Shown here: positions 47,545-56,198 of the stretch, piece by piece
Layout: each line of letters starts with the position of its first letter
How positions within the stretch are numbered: position 1 is the first letter of the stretch
Assembly (NCBI GenBank): GCA_009781005.1
Contig: WQYX01000014.1
Coordinates: 1,937 to 65,936 of the forward strand
Length of the DNA stretch: 64,000 nucleotides
Source of the DNA: Polyangiaceae bacterium
GTDB lineage: Bacteria; Myxococcota_A; Polyangia; Polyangiales; Polyangiaceae
Reading direction: 5' to 3'
Notes under the pieces: model-generated
What the model was told of the DNA's origin: nothing
The model's input: only the letters and a program-made list of their open reading frames with translations
The model's database searches: none
Made by a program: the position numbers and the translations under genes

Positions 47545-49080
47545 ATGGCATCCCGACGCGTTGCGCATCCGTGTGTGCCGTCGATCCTTCTCGTTCTTGC
47601 ATCCTACACGTATCGGTTGCCGCCGCTGCTCAACGCGCGCTCGACCAACTCGGACGCGGCTGTCGTCGGGCTGCAGGCGACGCACATCCTGCGAGGCGAG
47701 TTCGCGCCGTTCTTGTGGGGTAGCGGCTACCAAACAGCAGCGGACTCGTTCGTCGCAGCGGCATGGTTCGCGGTGCTCGGCCCATCGCCGCTCGCGCTGA
47801 TGCTCTCAGCGCTCTCGCTCCACGTTCTTTCGACGTGGCTCGTGTTCGCAACGCTCCGTCGCCACCTCGCGCCTTGGGTAGCGCTGCTCGTGACGATGCC
47901 GCTCATCGTTGCGCCAAGCTCGGTGCATAGTTACGCGCTCTATCCGCCGCGGCAGGCATCGCTCACGCTTGCTATCGCAGCGTTTTGGGCCATCAACGCC
48001 GCGGCGCTCACGACCACCGAGCGGCGCGTGCGCCTCTGGCTCGCCGCAGGCGGATTCTTCGCAACACTCGCGGTGTCGGCCGATCCGTATCCTTTGCTCC
48101 TTCTGCCCATCGCCGGTCTCTTCGCGCTCTTCATCGCGTGGCGCACCGTACCCCGCACGCGCGTCATCCGCACGATCGGCTTCGCTGCGGGCGCATCGAT
48201 CGGGCTCGTGCCGTTCTACGTTCTGCATCGCCTCGCCGGCTCGAAGAGCGGCCCCATGACGTTCACCACGTCGATGCTCGATCATCACTTTCGGCTCTTG
48301 TGGAACGAGTGCCTCCCATGGGCACTCAGTTACAAGGTGTATTATGCACATCACGTGATGGACTACCTGCCGTGGGACGCGCCGCTCGCGTTCCGCGTCG
48401 TGGGAGCCGTCGGCGCCGTCATGCTCGGTGCACTCGTCCTCTTCGGCCTCGCCGCCATCTTCTTGCGAAGTATACGCACGATCCCGCTCTCCCTTCGCCA
48501 GCTCGGATTTTCAGGTGCACTCGCGTTCCCCGTGACGATCTGCGGTTTTCTCGTGTCGGTCATGGTCATGGACCATTTCTCGATGCGCTACCTCGCGATG
48601 CTCACGCTCATGACGCCGTTCGCGGTGGCACCGGCCGCTGCAGCGCTCGGCACGCGCCGCTTCGCCATCGCGTTCGCGCCGCATCTCCTCGCCTCCGCCA
48701 TCGCGGGATGGGTCGGCTACGGACCTTTCGTGCGCGGCGTTTGGCCGGTCGTCGAGACGCCGGAGCTCCGCGACGACGTCGCGTTCCTCAATCTGCTCCG
48801 CGAGCGCGGGATTACGTACGCCGAAGCGGATTACTGGGCCGCATATCGGCTCACGCTCCTGTCGAAGGAGAGCATCGTCGTCGTTCCCACGAACGCGGTT
48901 GAAGATCGCTACGCGCCCTACCGGCGCGCCTTCGAACGAGCACCGGTCTTCGCGTACCTCTTCGATCCAGCGCGCTCGCGCGAGAACTTCGCAGAGATCG
49001 AACGAACTCTGGTCGCGACAAACGCTCGCGTGGACGGCTATCGCGTCGGTCATCTGACGGCCTTGCTCGTCACCCGCTGA
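47545..49080 (+). CDS. GT-C-like membrane glycosyltransferase
   Basis: NSDAAVVGLQATHILRGEF loop, more than 10 TM segments, ADYWAAY. Confidence 0.65.
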   Translation: MASRRVAHPCVPSILLVLASYTYRLPPLLNARSTNSDAAVVGLQATHILRGEFAPFLWGSGYQTAADSFVAAAWFAVLGPSPLALMLSALSLHVLSTWLVFATLRRHLAPWVALLVTMPLIVAPSSVHSYALYPPRQASLTLAIAAFWAINAAALTTTERRVRLWLAAGGFFATLAVSADPYPLLLLPIAGLFALFIAWRTVPRTRVIRTIGFAAGASIGLVPFYVLHRLAGSKSGPMTFTTSMLDHHFRLLWNECLPWALSYKVYYAHHVMDYLPWDAPLAFRVVGAVGAVMLGALVLFGLAAIFLRSIRTIPLSLRQLGFSGALAFPVTICGFLVSVMVMDHFSMRYLAMLTLMTPFAVAPAAAALGTRRFAIAFAPHLLASAIAGWVGYGPFVRGVWPVVETPELRDDVAFLNLLRERGITYAEADYWAAYRLTLLSKESIVVVPTNAVEDRYAPYRRAFERAPVFAYLFDPARSRENFAEIERTLVATNARVDGYRVGHLTALLVTR

Positions 49081-49113
49081 CCACACGGCGAATTAGATTC
49101 GTCGCTGTTCGCG

Positions 49114-50712
49114 ATGTCGAGGCTCACCGATTATCGGCGCAAGCGTCGAGCGGAGGCAACCAATGAACCGTTCGACGAGACCGAGCCGCGCTCACAGAGA
49201 GACGCGGAGGGCAAGACGCTCTCGGGCGCCTTCGTCGTTCACTTGCATCATGCAAGGAGACGCCACTACGACGTTCGATTGCAGATCGGATCCGTGCTTG
49301 CGAGCTTTGCCGTGCCGCGCGGGCCAAGTCTCGATCCGAAGAACAAGCACCTTGCGATTCACACCGAAGATCACCCGCTCGACTACCTCGAATTCGAAGG
49401 CATCATTCCCGAGCATCAGTACGGCGCAGGCCCGATGATCGCGTGGGACCGCGGGATCGTGCGCTACCTCGACGGCCCGGCGGAAGAAGGCATCGAGAAG
49501 GGAAAGCTCCATGTCGAGCTCGAAGGCATGAAGCTTCACGGGCAATGGATTTTCGTGAAGCTCGCCAAGAGCAACAAAGGCAACGAGTGGCTCTTCATCA
49601 AGAAGCAAGACGAGCACGCAAGTCATGAACGCATCCTCGTCGATGAGCTCCCACGTTCGATCTACTCAGGGCTGACCATCGACGAACTAGACCGCTTTCG
49701 ATTTGACGCGATCTCATCGTTGGGGCCTGCGCTGCGGTCCTCAAAGCCAAGAGGCTGTTCCGGTCCGCTGCTCGGCCCCGCCTCGACCTCGCGTCAACTT
49801 GAAAGCGGTCTCGAACTCGCGTCCGAACGCGCCCCATCGAGCCACCGTTCGAAAATCTTCTGGCCCGAGGAAGGCATCACGAAGAGCGATCTTTGCGACT
49901 ATTACGAAGCGATCGCGACCGCGATTCTCCCGTATCTCGAGGACCGCCCCGTCCTCCTCGTGCGCTCTCCAGACGGCATCGCGGGCAAGAGCTTCTTCCA
50001 GTGGAACGTGCCGCCTGGGATGCCCGCGTGGGTGCGCACGCTGCCGCTCGAAGACGACGAAGGCAGACCGCGGCGGGGTTTTCTCGTGAGCGACCGCGAG
50101 ACGCTCCTCTACATCGCGAATCTTGCGGCGATCGCGCTTCATATCCTCGCCTACCGCATGCCGAAGGTCGACGAGGCGAACTTTCTGACGATCGACTTCG
50201 ACGTGAAGCAATCAAACTTGCATAACGCAATCATTCTCGCAAACGCGCTGCGCGAGATCCTCGAAGCGATCGATCTGCCGGGCTTTGTGAAGACGTCGGG
50301 GCAGTCCGGCCTGCACGTGCTCGTGCCGCTCGGCAAAGGTCAGAGCTTCGACACCGCGCGTACGCTCGCTCATCTCCTCGGGTGTCTGCTCGTCGAAGAG
50401 TGGCCCGATATCGCCACCATGGAGCGACATGTAGAGAAGCGCGGCGAGCGCGTTTATATCGACACCGGGCAGACCGGGGCAAGCCGCGCGATCGTCGCAC
50501 CGTACTCCGTGCGCGCCGTTCCCGGCGCCACGATCTCGACACCCGTCGGCTGGGAGGAGCTTTCCGGGGATTTCGATCCGCGCGCCTTCACGATGAAGAC
50601 CGTTCCCGATCGCATCGCGAAGATAGGTGATCCGATGAAGGCCATGCTCGTTGCCAAGCCCGATGTTGCCGCCGCCGTCGCCGCGCTCTCGTCGCTGTGT
50701 ACGAAAGTATGA
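49114..50712 (+). CDS. ligD: LigD-type protein: 3'-phosphoesterase plus primase-polymerase domains, no ligase domain, with an in-frame element
   Basis: PE motifs HHARRRHYDVRL and HTEDHPLDY; POL motifs KIFWPEEGITKSDL, IDFD, KTSGQSGLHV, VYIDT. Confidence 0.88.
   Translation: MSRLTDYRRKRRAEATNEPFDETEPRSQRDAEGKTLSGAFVVHLHHARRRHYDVRLQIGSVLASFAVPRGPSLDPKNKHLAIHTEDHPLDYLEFEGIIPEHQYGAGPMIAWDRGIVRYLDGPAEEGIEKGKLHVELEGMKLHGQWIFVKLAKSNKGNEWLFIKKQDEHASHERILVDELPRSIYSGLTIDELDRFRFDAISSLGPALRSSKPRGCSGPLLGPASTSRQLESGLELASERAPSSHRSKIFWPEEGITKSDLCDYYEAIATAILPYLEDRPVLLVRSPDGIAGKSFFQWNVPPGMPAWVRTLPLEDDEGRPRRGFLVSDRETLLYIANLAAIALHILAYRMPKVDEANFLTIDFDVKQSNLHNAIILANALREILEAIDLPGFVKTSGQSGLHVLVPLGKGQSFDTARTLAHLLGCLLVEEWPDIATMERHVEKRGERVYIDTGQTGASRAIVAPYSVRAVPGATISTPVGWEELSGDFDPRAFTMKTVPDRIAKIGDPMKAMLVAKPDVAAAVAALSSLCTKV
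49690..49810 (+). mobile_element. 121-bp copy of the element, in frame inside ligD
   Basis: Both TIRs intact; 2-bp internal deletion relative to the other copies; ORF stays open. Confidence 0.93.
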
Positions 50713-50780
50713 AAAATATGAAAAGTATGAACGCGTCCGCGGCTTGACGCGCCTCTCGAGCCACGTCATCAGGAAGCGCT

Positions 50781-51443
50781 GTGGCAGCCAGCTATTTCGA
50801 TGTGGACGGGACCATGGTTCGAACGAACCTGATCCACCCAACGCTCTATTACCTAATGCATCAGCGCACGCCGGTGCGCAGCCTGCAAAAGCTCGCCTTC
50901 GCGGCGCTTCGCTCGCCCGTCTTGGCCTGGGCCGAGATGCAGGACCGTCGATTGTTCAACGAGATGCTCTTTTTGGCATATGAAGGGATCTCGCAAGACC
51001 GGTTGCAGATCCTTGCCGACGACGCTTTCGAGAGCGTGCTGAAAAAAGCCATTTTCCCCCATGCACGAGATCTCGTGGCGCGCTGCCGCAACGAAGGCCA
51101 CGACGTCGTGCTCATCTCGGGCGCGCTGGATTTTTTGATGACGCGCCTGGCCGATCACCTTGGCGCCACGCACGTCATCGCGAACCGCCTCGAGATCAAA
51201 GACGGCTATGCAACCGGACGGTTGCTTCGGCCCATCGTTGCCGGTCCGGAGAAGGCGCGCCTCGTGCGCGAGCACGCGCGAGAACGCGGTCATGATCTCA
51301 ATCAGTGTTTTGGATATTCTGACAGCTATTCGGATGTGCCGATGTTGAGTGTGGTCGGCCATCCCGCGGCCGTGAATCCGGATAGCAAACTCAAACGCCT
51401 CGCACGCACCTATGGCTGGCCGGTGATTACACTCGACAGCTGA
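50781..51443 (+). CDS. HAD-IB family hydrolase
   Basis: FDVDGT, LISGA, K, YSDSYSDVPML. Confidence 0.93.
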   Translation: MAASYFDVDGTMVRTNLIHPTLYYLMHQRTPVRSLQKLAFAALRSPVLAWAEMQDRRLFNEMLFLAYEGISQDRLQILADDAFESVLKKAIFPHARDLVARCRNEGHDVVLISGALDFLMTRLADHLGATHVIANRLEIKDGYATGRLLRPIVAGPEKARLVREHARERGHDLNQCFGYSDSYSDVPMLSVVGHPAAVNPDSKLKRLARTYGWPVITLDS

Positions 51444-51446
51444 CAG

Positions 51447-51516
51447 AGGGCGGCCACGGGGGGCCGCCCCTACGAATGCGTTGTCAACTGTAGGGGCAGG
51501 CCTCCGTGCCTGCCCT
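51447..51516. repeat. Inverted pair of 27-nt GTAG-type REP sequences
   Basis: GTAGGGGCGGCCCCCCGTGGCCGCCCT (minus, 51447-51473) and GTAGGGGCAGGCCTCCGTGCCTGCCCT (plus, 51490-51516). Confidence 0.8.
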
Positions 51517-51571
51517 GCATCGCGTGCCTTCCCAACGTAAAGGCGCGATTCATCGCACCCCCGGGGGCCCC

Positions 51572-52615
51572 TCAATCCAGGCGGTCGTCGTCGGGGATGT
51601 TCGAAGATGGCGGCTTCTCTTGCTTTTTCGCCGGCGGAGGCGCGGCCTTGGGTGGCTCGTCCTTCGGCAGATCCCGATGCCCCTCCCCCGCCTTGATGAG
51701 TACGCGCTGCTCACCAATACCCAGAGCAACGATCTCTCGTTCACCAAAATTCCAACGCTTCCTGGCATCCTCCAGTCGACGGAGGGGTTCGCCTGGATCG
51801 CTGTCCCCACTGACGAACGTGCTGTGATGGATGGGCACCATCCAGCGTGCACCGAGATCGAAGAAGGCCTGGATGGCGTCTTGCCCATCCATGTGAACGG
51901 CGCGCATCCGATCCGCTGGCTCGACAGGACCAATGGGCAAGAGTGCCAGGTCAATACCGGGGAAGCGCTGCTGGGTTTCGATGAATTTCCTCGGATTGTA
52001 TGCCGTGTCGCCGCCGAAATAAACGGTGAGTCCGTGGTACTCGACCAGGTAACCGGTGAAGCTATCTGTCATCCATGCGGAGTCGATGCCGTAGCGGTAG
52101 CCCGTGTGATCGACCGGGACAGCAGTAACGCGGAGACCATCCTTTTCCCACCCTTGCCACGTCCGAAGCTCAATGGCGGGGAAACGGAAATCCGTAAGGT
52201 ACGTAACGCCTCCGCGCGGCATCACGAGCTCTCGCACCTTCTTTTCGATCATTGAAAGGCTGCCAAGCGACAAATGATCGAAATGCAGGTGCGAAATGAG
52301 CACGACGTCAATGGGTGGCAGCGCATTCGGTTCGAGCCCTGGCTCGACGAGGCGCTTCGAGAGCTGACCCACCGTTGCGGTGAAAACGGGATCGGTCAAG
52401 ATGAACTTGTCATCGATTTGGATAAGGGCCGTTGCATGGCCAATCCAAAGCACGGCGAGGCGCGCATCCTTGCGGACGGGATCTTGGATCGTGGTGGCCT
52501 TGCGGGGTGACGAGAAGAAAGCATGAAGCATGCGGCCGTTCATGCCGGAACAGCCCGCTAGAACTGCAGAGAGCGCGCATGCAAACGCAACGAAGGACCT
52601 TCGCAGGCGAATCAC
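51572..52615 (-). CDS. MBL-fold metallo-hydrolase lipoprotein (NAPE-PLD-like)
   Basis: LWIGHAT, LTDPVF, SHLHFDH, FGGDT, PIHH. Confidence 0.9.
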   Translation of the reverse strand: MIRLRRSFVAFACALSAVLAGCSGMNGRMLHAFFSSPRKATTIQDPVRKDARLAVLWIGHATALIQIDDKFILTDPVFTATVGQLSKRLVEPGLEPNALPPIDVVLISHLHFDHLSLGSLSMIEKKVRELVMPRGGVTYLTDFRFPAIELRTWQGWEKDGLRVTAVPVDHTGYRYGIDSAWMTDSFTGYLVEYHGLTVYFGGDTAYNPRKFIETQQRFPGIDLALLPIGPVEPADRMRAVHMDGQDAIQAFFDLGARWMVPIHHSTFVSGDSDPGEPLRRLEDARKRWNFGEREIVALGIGEQRVLIKAGEGHRDLPKDEPPKAAPPPAKKQEKPPSSNIPDDDRLD

Positions 52616-53070
52616 GGCGAAGTCCAGTCTTTGTTGTCAGTGACCCCACCCATCATGGCCTGGATGCGCAGGGGCACACCCACAGGAATGTCCGTGCGGT
52701 TCGAGACGAGACGGAAGGTGCGATGGTCGCCGTCGCGAAGCGGATCCACACCGTCACCGACGGTGCACTGAAGGACAGAATCCAGGGTGCGGGAGTCGCC
52801 GCTGTAGCTGCTTGCAACAGGCACGAACGTGAGCTCGGTGCCGGGGGAGAACCAGGTAGCGGACACGCAGAAGTCTCCAACGGCGCGACCGCCTCCCTCG
52901 GAGCCGATGACTTCCATATCGACGGAGACCCTGCCATCAGCCGTTCGAGAGGCCGAGAAATCCCCGAAGACGATGTCGGCACCGTTGTTGTTGCATCCGG
53001 CCGCAAGCACGGCATGCGAGATTGCGGCAGCGAATGTGAAATGAACCAAGGGGCGGCGCATGGCATTCAC
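52612..53070 (-). CDS. Hypothetical lipoprotein
   Basis: Lipobox LAAGC; overlaps the next gene by 4 bp. Confidence 0.6.
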   Translation of the reverse strand: MNAMRRPLVHFTFAAAISHAVLAAGCNNNGADIVFGDFSASRTADGRVSVDMEVIGSEGGGRAVGDFCVSATWFSPGTELTFVPVASSYSGDSRTLDSVLQCTVGDGVDPLRDGDHRTFRLVSNRTDIPVGVPLRIQAMMGGVTDNKDWTSP

Positions 53071-53071
53071 G

Positions 53072-53743
53072 TCAGAAATACCGGATGCGGAAGGTGGCCA
53101 TGGTCTTGAGCGGTTCGTGGGCAGGTGCGAGCGTGAGCTCTACGCCGAAGAGTCCGAATAAAAAATACGTGCCGACGGTGTAAGCCACGCGCGGGATAGC
53201 ATCGTACGTGTAAACCGAAGTGCCTAAGGACGCCGACCAATACTCGCCTCGCTGGAGAAGTGGAAATGTTGCATGCACTCCCGGGCGAACCAGCATGCGG
53301 CTGACGTCGCCACCCAGATACTCGAGGGCGAGGTCGGCTTCGATGGACCCGGAATGGCGCGCGATGGGATCGACCACGACGAAGCGCCACGGCGAGATCG
53401 TCCTGTACGTGCCCCACGAGTAGAGCACCGGCGTCACCTGCCAGCGCAGGCCGAACGTGACCTCGAGATCGTTCTTCGCGTGGCCGTCGACATCGATGCG
53501 CCGGATGCGTCCGAAGGCGAGCTCTGGACTCGGGACGAGCTGCGCAGCAATCCATGCGTAAGAAGGATATTCGAGCGAACCCGCATAACCATAACTCGTG
53601 TCCGGCGGAGAAACGAAGCGCGGGGAACGCAACGGCTTGGCCGCAGGATCGGCGGATGCGGACGATTTGTCCGCCTTTGCGTCGTCCGCGCATGCAGCAC
53701 GGGCGAAAAGAAGGAGCGCGATAGAGAGCGCAAGCGCCTTCAC
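53072..53743 (-). CDS. Exported hypothetical protein (beta-rich, probable outer membrane)
   Basis: GTG start overlapping the thrB stop, signal peptide, terminal FRIRYF. Confidence 0.6.
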   Translation of the reverse strand: MKALALSIALLLFARAACADDAKADKSSASADPAAKPLRSPRFVSPPDTSYGYAGSLEYPSYAWIAAQLVPSPELAFGRIRRIDVDGHAKNDLEVTFGLRWQVTPVLYSWGTYRTISPWRFVVVDPIARHSGSIEADLALEYLGGDVSRMLVRPGVHATFPLLQRGEYWSASLGTSVYTYDAIPRVAYTVGTYFLFGLFGVELTLAPAHEPLKTMATFRIRYF

Positions 53744-54696
53744 AGCCCGAGCACCTCGCAAAGGCCGCGAGGCCCAAGCTGCTCGAGCGCCTCGCGTCGG
53801 GCGACGAAACGCTGCCAACGCTTGCCGACGCGAATGGTGTCGTCGACGATTCGCGTGATCGTGAACCTCAACGTCGCGAGGATAGCTTCGTCGAAGAGGC
53901 CTTCGCGCTCCGCTTGCGACAGATCGCGCTCTTCGCGATAACCCTCGACCATTGCGCGCGCGATCTCAGGCAAGAGCACGTCACCGAAGGACCACGAGAG
54001 GATTGTCACTGCAAGGTCATAAACAAAGGGGCCAACGCACGCGCTCTCGAAATCGAGGAGCGCCGCAATCCTACCTTCTTGCCAGAGAACATTGTCGCGA
54101 AAGAGATCGCCGTGGACGAGGCCAGCAGGCAAGGTTTCGTTGCGGCGACGCGCGACGTTCGCCACGGCATGGCGCAGAGTACCGGCCTGCGCGCGCGCAT
54201 CGGGATCGATCGAATTCAAGATGCGCTCGCAGCGAACAATGAGATCGCACGGGCCGAAGCGACCGTGACCGAGTGCACGTGCAATGTCGGCCGGGCAGCC
54301 CGCCGCATGAATTCGGGCAAGCGCGTTGCCAATGGCACGGGCGGCCGCAGGTGTTACCGCACGCTGACAGAGCATCTTGCCTTCGACCCAGGGAAAGAGC
54401 GCCGCCGGTTTGCCGGCGAGAGTGCGGACGAACGCACCGGAAACGGCTGCAACGGGCATCGGCGTCGACACCCCGGAAGCCGCGAGGTGTCGCAGGAGCG
54501 CCACCTCGCGCGCGGCGCCTTCGGGACCTTGCTCTTCATAAAGGCGAAGGAAATAGCGGCCTGTGCCGAGCGTCATGGCGTAACTGGTGTTCACCGTGCC
54601 TGCTTCGATCCCGCAGACGTTGGAAGGGGATCCAAGACCGAAATCACGCAGAAAAGACTCGAGTTCGGAAGCGTTGAGGACTGTTCGAATGGCCAT
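53740..54696 (-). CDS. thrB: Homoserine kinase type II (APH-like)
   Basis: GIEAGTVNTSY, YFLRLYE, VHGDLFRDNVLW, LLDF. Confidence 0.88.
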   Translation of the reverse strand: MAIRTVLNASELESFLRDFGLGSPSNVCGIEAGTVNTSYAMTLGTGRYFLRLYEEQGPEGAAREVALLRHLAASGVSTPMPVAAVSGAFVRTLAGKPAALFPWVEGKMLCQRAVTPAAARAIGNALARIHAAGCPADIARALGHGRFGPCDLIVRCERILNSIDPDARAQAGTLRHAVANVARRRNETLPAGLVHGDLFRDNVLWQEGRIAALLDFESACVGPFVYDLAVTILSWSFGDVLLPEIARAMVEGYREERDLSQAEREGLFDEAILATLRFTITRIVDDTIRVGKRWQRFVARREALEQLGPRGLCEVLGL

Positions 54697-54870
54697 TGGG
54701 AACAGAAAAAAAGGTGAACGCGGATGTGCGCCAAGATGCGCAAAAAACAAAGTCCTAAAGTGAAGATAAGCCTCGAAATACTCGTCCTATTGTCGACAAG
54801 CGCCGCACTTTGTTTGTAGACGAAGACCAAAATCAGGTGGTATGCGGGGCCACCGACGACCTTCTTAAAG

Positions 54871-55530
54871 ATGGCGATGAAGATGGCGACTAAGAAAGCT
54901 GCTGCAAAGGGGAAAGCGGATAGCGTCAAATCCGGCAAGCACGGGTCGAAGGCCACAAAGGGGGGCAAGGACGCGAAGGGGAGCAAGGACGCGAAGCGCA
55001 AGATGGGGCTTCGCGGCGCCGCCCCATGGGCCGCACGTCATGCGGCAAAACACGCAGCAGAGGCACGGGCTCGGGCGGCCGAGCCGCCCTTGCCCGGAAG
55101 CGCACGCTCCACCATTCGCACGCCGGTCGCAGCAGAAGACATCAAGCAACGGATTGCCGATCTTCATAACGCACTCCAACAGATCAAAGGGTTCCGGAAG
55201 AACCTGAACAAGGGATTCTTCGATGTTGGTGTCGTGTTGCGCGACATCCAAGCCAAACGCCTCTACGAAGCCAAAGGCTTTGGCACCTTCGAAGCCTTTT
55301 TGGAGCGCGAGACCGCGGAGCTCGGCAAGACAACGGCGCTGCGTCTCGTGCGTATTGCGGGCCTGTTCCAAAAAGACGGCGCCCTCGAACTCGGAATGGA
55401 TCGCATCTTCATGGCACTCATGTCGATTGAAGCGGGGGATGGGATTCCGGATGGACGCCAAGGAGGAAAGGTAGCCCCGCCGCCACCACTATCTTCGTCG
55501 GTTTTGCCCCTCAAGCCTCCAGGTCGTTAG
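54871..55530 (+). CDS. Basic protein with Lys/Ala-rich N-tail and DUF3102-like helical core
   Basis: KKAAAKGK... tail; FDVGVVLRDIQAKRLYEAKGFGTFEAFL. Confidence 0.6.
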   Translation: MAMKMATKKAAAKGKADSVKSGKHGSKATKGGKDAKGSKDAKRKMGLRGAAPWAARHAAKHAAEARARAAEPPLPGSARSTIRTPVAAEDIKQRIADLHNALQQIKGFRKNLNKGFFDVGVVLRDIQAKRLYEAKGFGTFEAFLERETAELGKTTALRLVRIAGLFQKDGALELGMDRIFMALMSIEAGDGIPDGRQGGKVAPPPPLSSSVLPLKPPGR

Positions 55531-56194
55531 CCGCGGGCGGGCGGGTCGCGATGACGATCAAGTTGCTGAAGGGGGTGCCTTGCCAACAGGGTGCGAAGGT
55601 GCATGGGAGGCCCCGCGCTTCGAGGGGCGGCACGAGCTCCCGTCGTACGTCGCGCAGCACGATGCGCTCGCCCACGTTGAATCTCAGAGCTTGTGAGATG
55701 CGCTCGACAGCGAGCGTGAAAATCGAACGCGCACCGCACGCCGAGCTCGCCTCGCGCACGATGAGACGGCCTCCCGGTCGAACGCACGTTGCGGCGCGCG
55801 CGAGCAGCGCATCCTGCTTGTCGATCGCGAAGTAGTGCAAGACATCGACGAGCAGCACCGTGTCGGCTGGCGGAAACGCTGCTGCGGCGACGTCCGCAGT
55901 CTCGAACGTTGCTGCAAGTCCTGATGCAGCGCGATTTGCAAGCGCAACTTTCTCAGCATCCCAATCGACGCCGAATGCACGGCGCGCGAGTCCTGCCTCG
56001 AGCAAGAAGATCGCAAGCTGGCCTCGACCGCAACCAATGTCGAGCACGTGGCCGAACGGCCCGAGCTCGGCGAGCGCACGCGTGACGGGATCGCATCGAA
56101 GTTTGTTGCGCGTGAAGTACCGATCGACGGGGCGCGCCGTTGCGCGTACGTAGCGCGCGGCCGTGCGCGATATAGCCAAATCGATCGTTGTCAT
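55511..56194 (-). CDS. Class I SAM-dependent methyltransferase
   Basis: VLDIGCGRG, DVLHY, RPGGRLIV. Confidence 0.88.
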   Translation of the reverse strand: MTTIDLAISRTAARYVRATARPVDRYFTRNKLRCDPVTRALAELGPFGHVLDIGCGRGQLAIFLLEAGLARRAFGVDWDAEKVALANRAASGLAATFETADVAAAAFPPADTVLLVDVLHYFAIDKQDALLARAATCVRPGGRLIVREASSACGARSIFTLAVERISQALRFNVGERIVLRDVRRELVPPLEARGLPCTFAPCWQGTPFSNLIVIATRPPAANDLEA

Positions 56195-56198
56195 CGGT

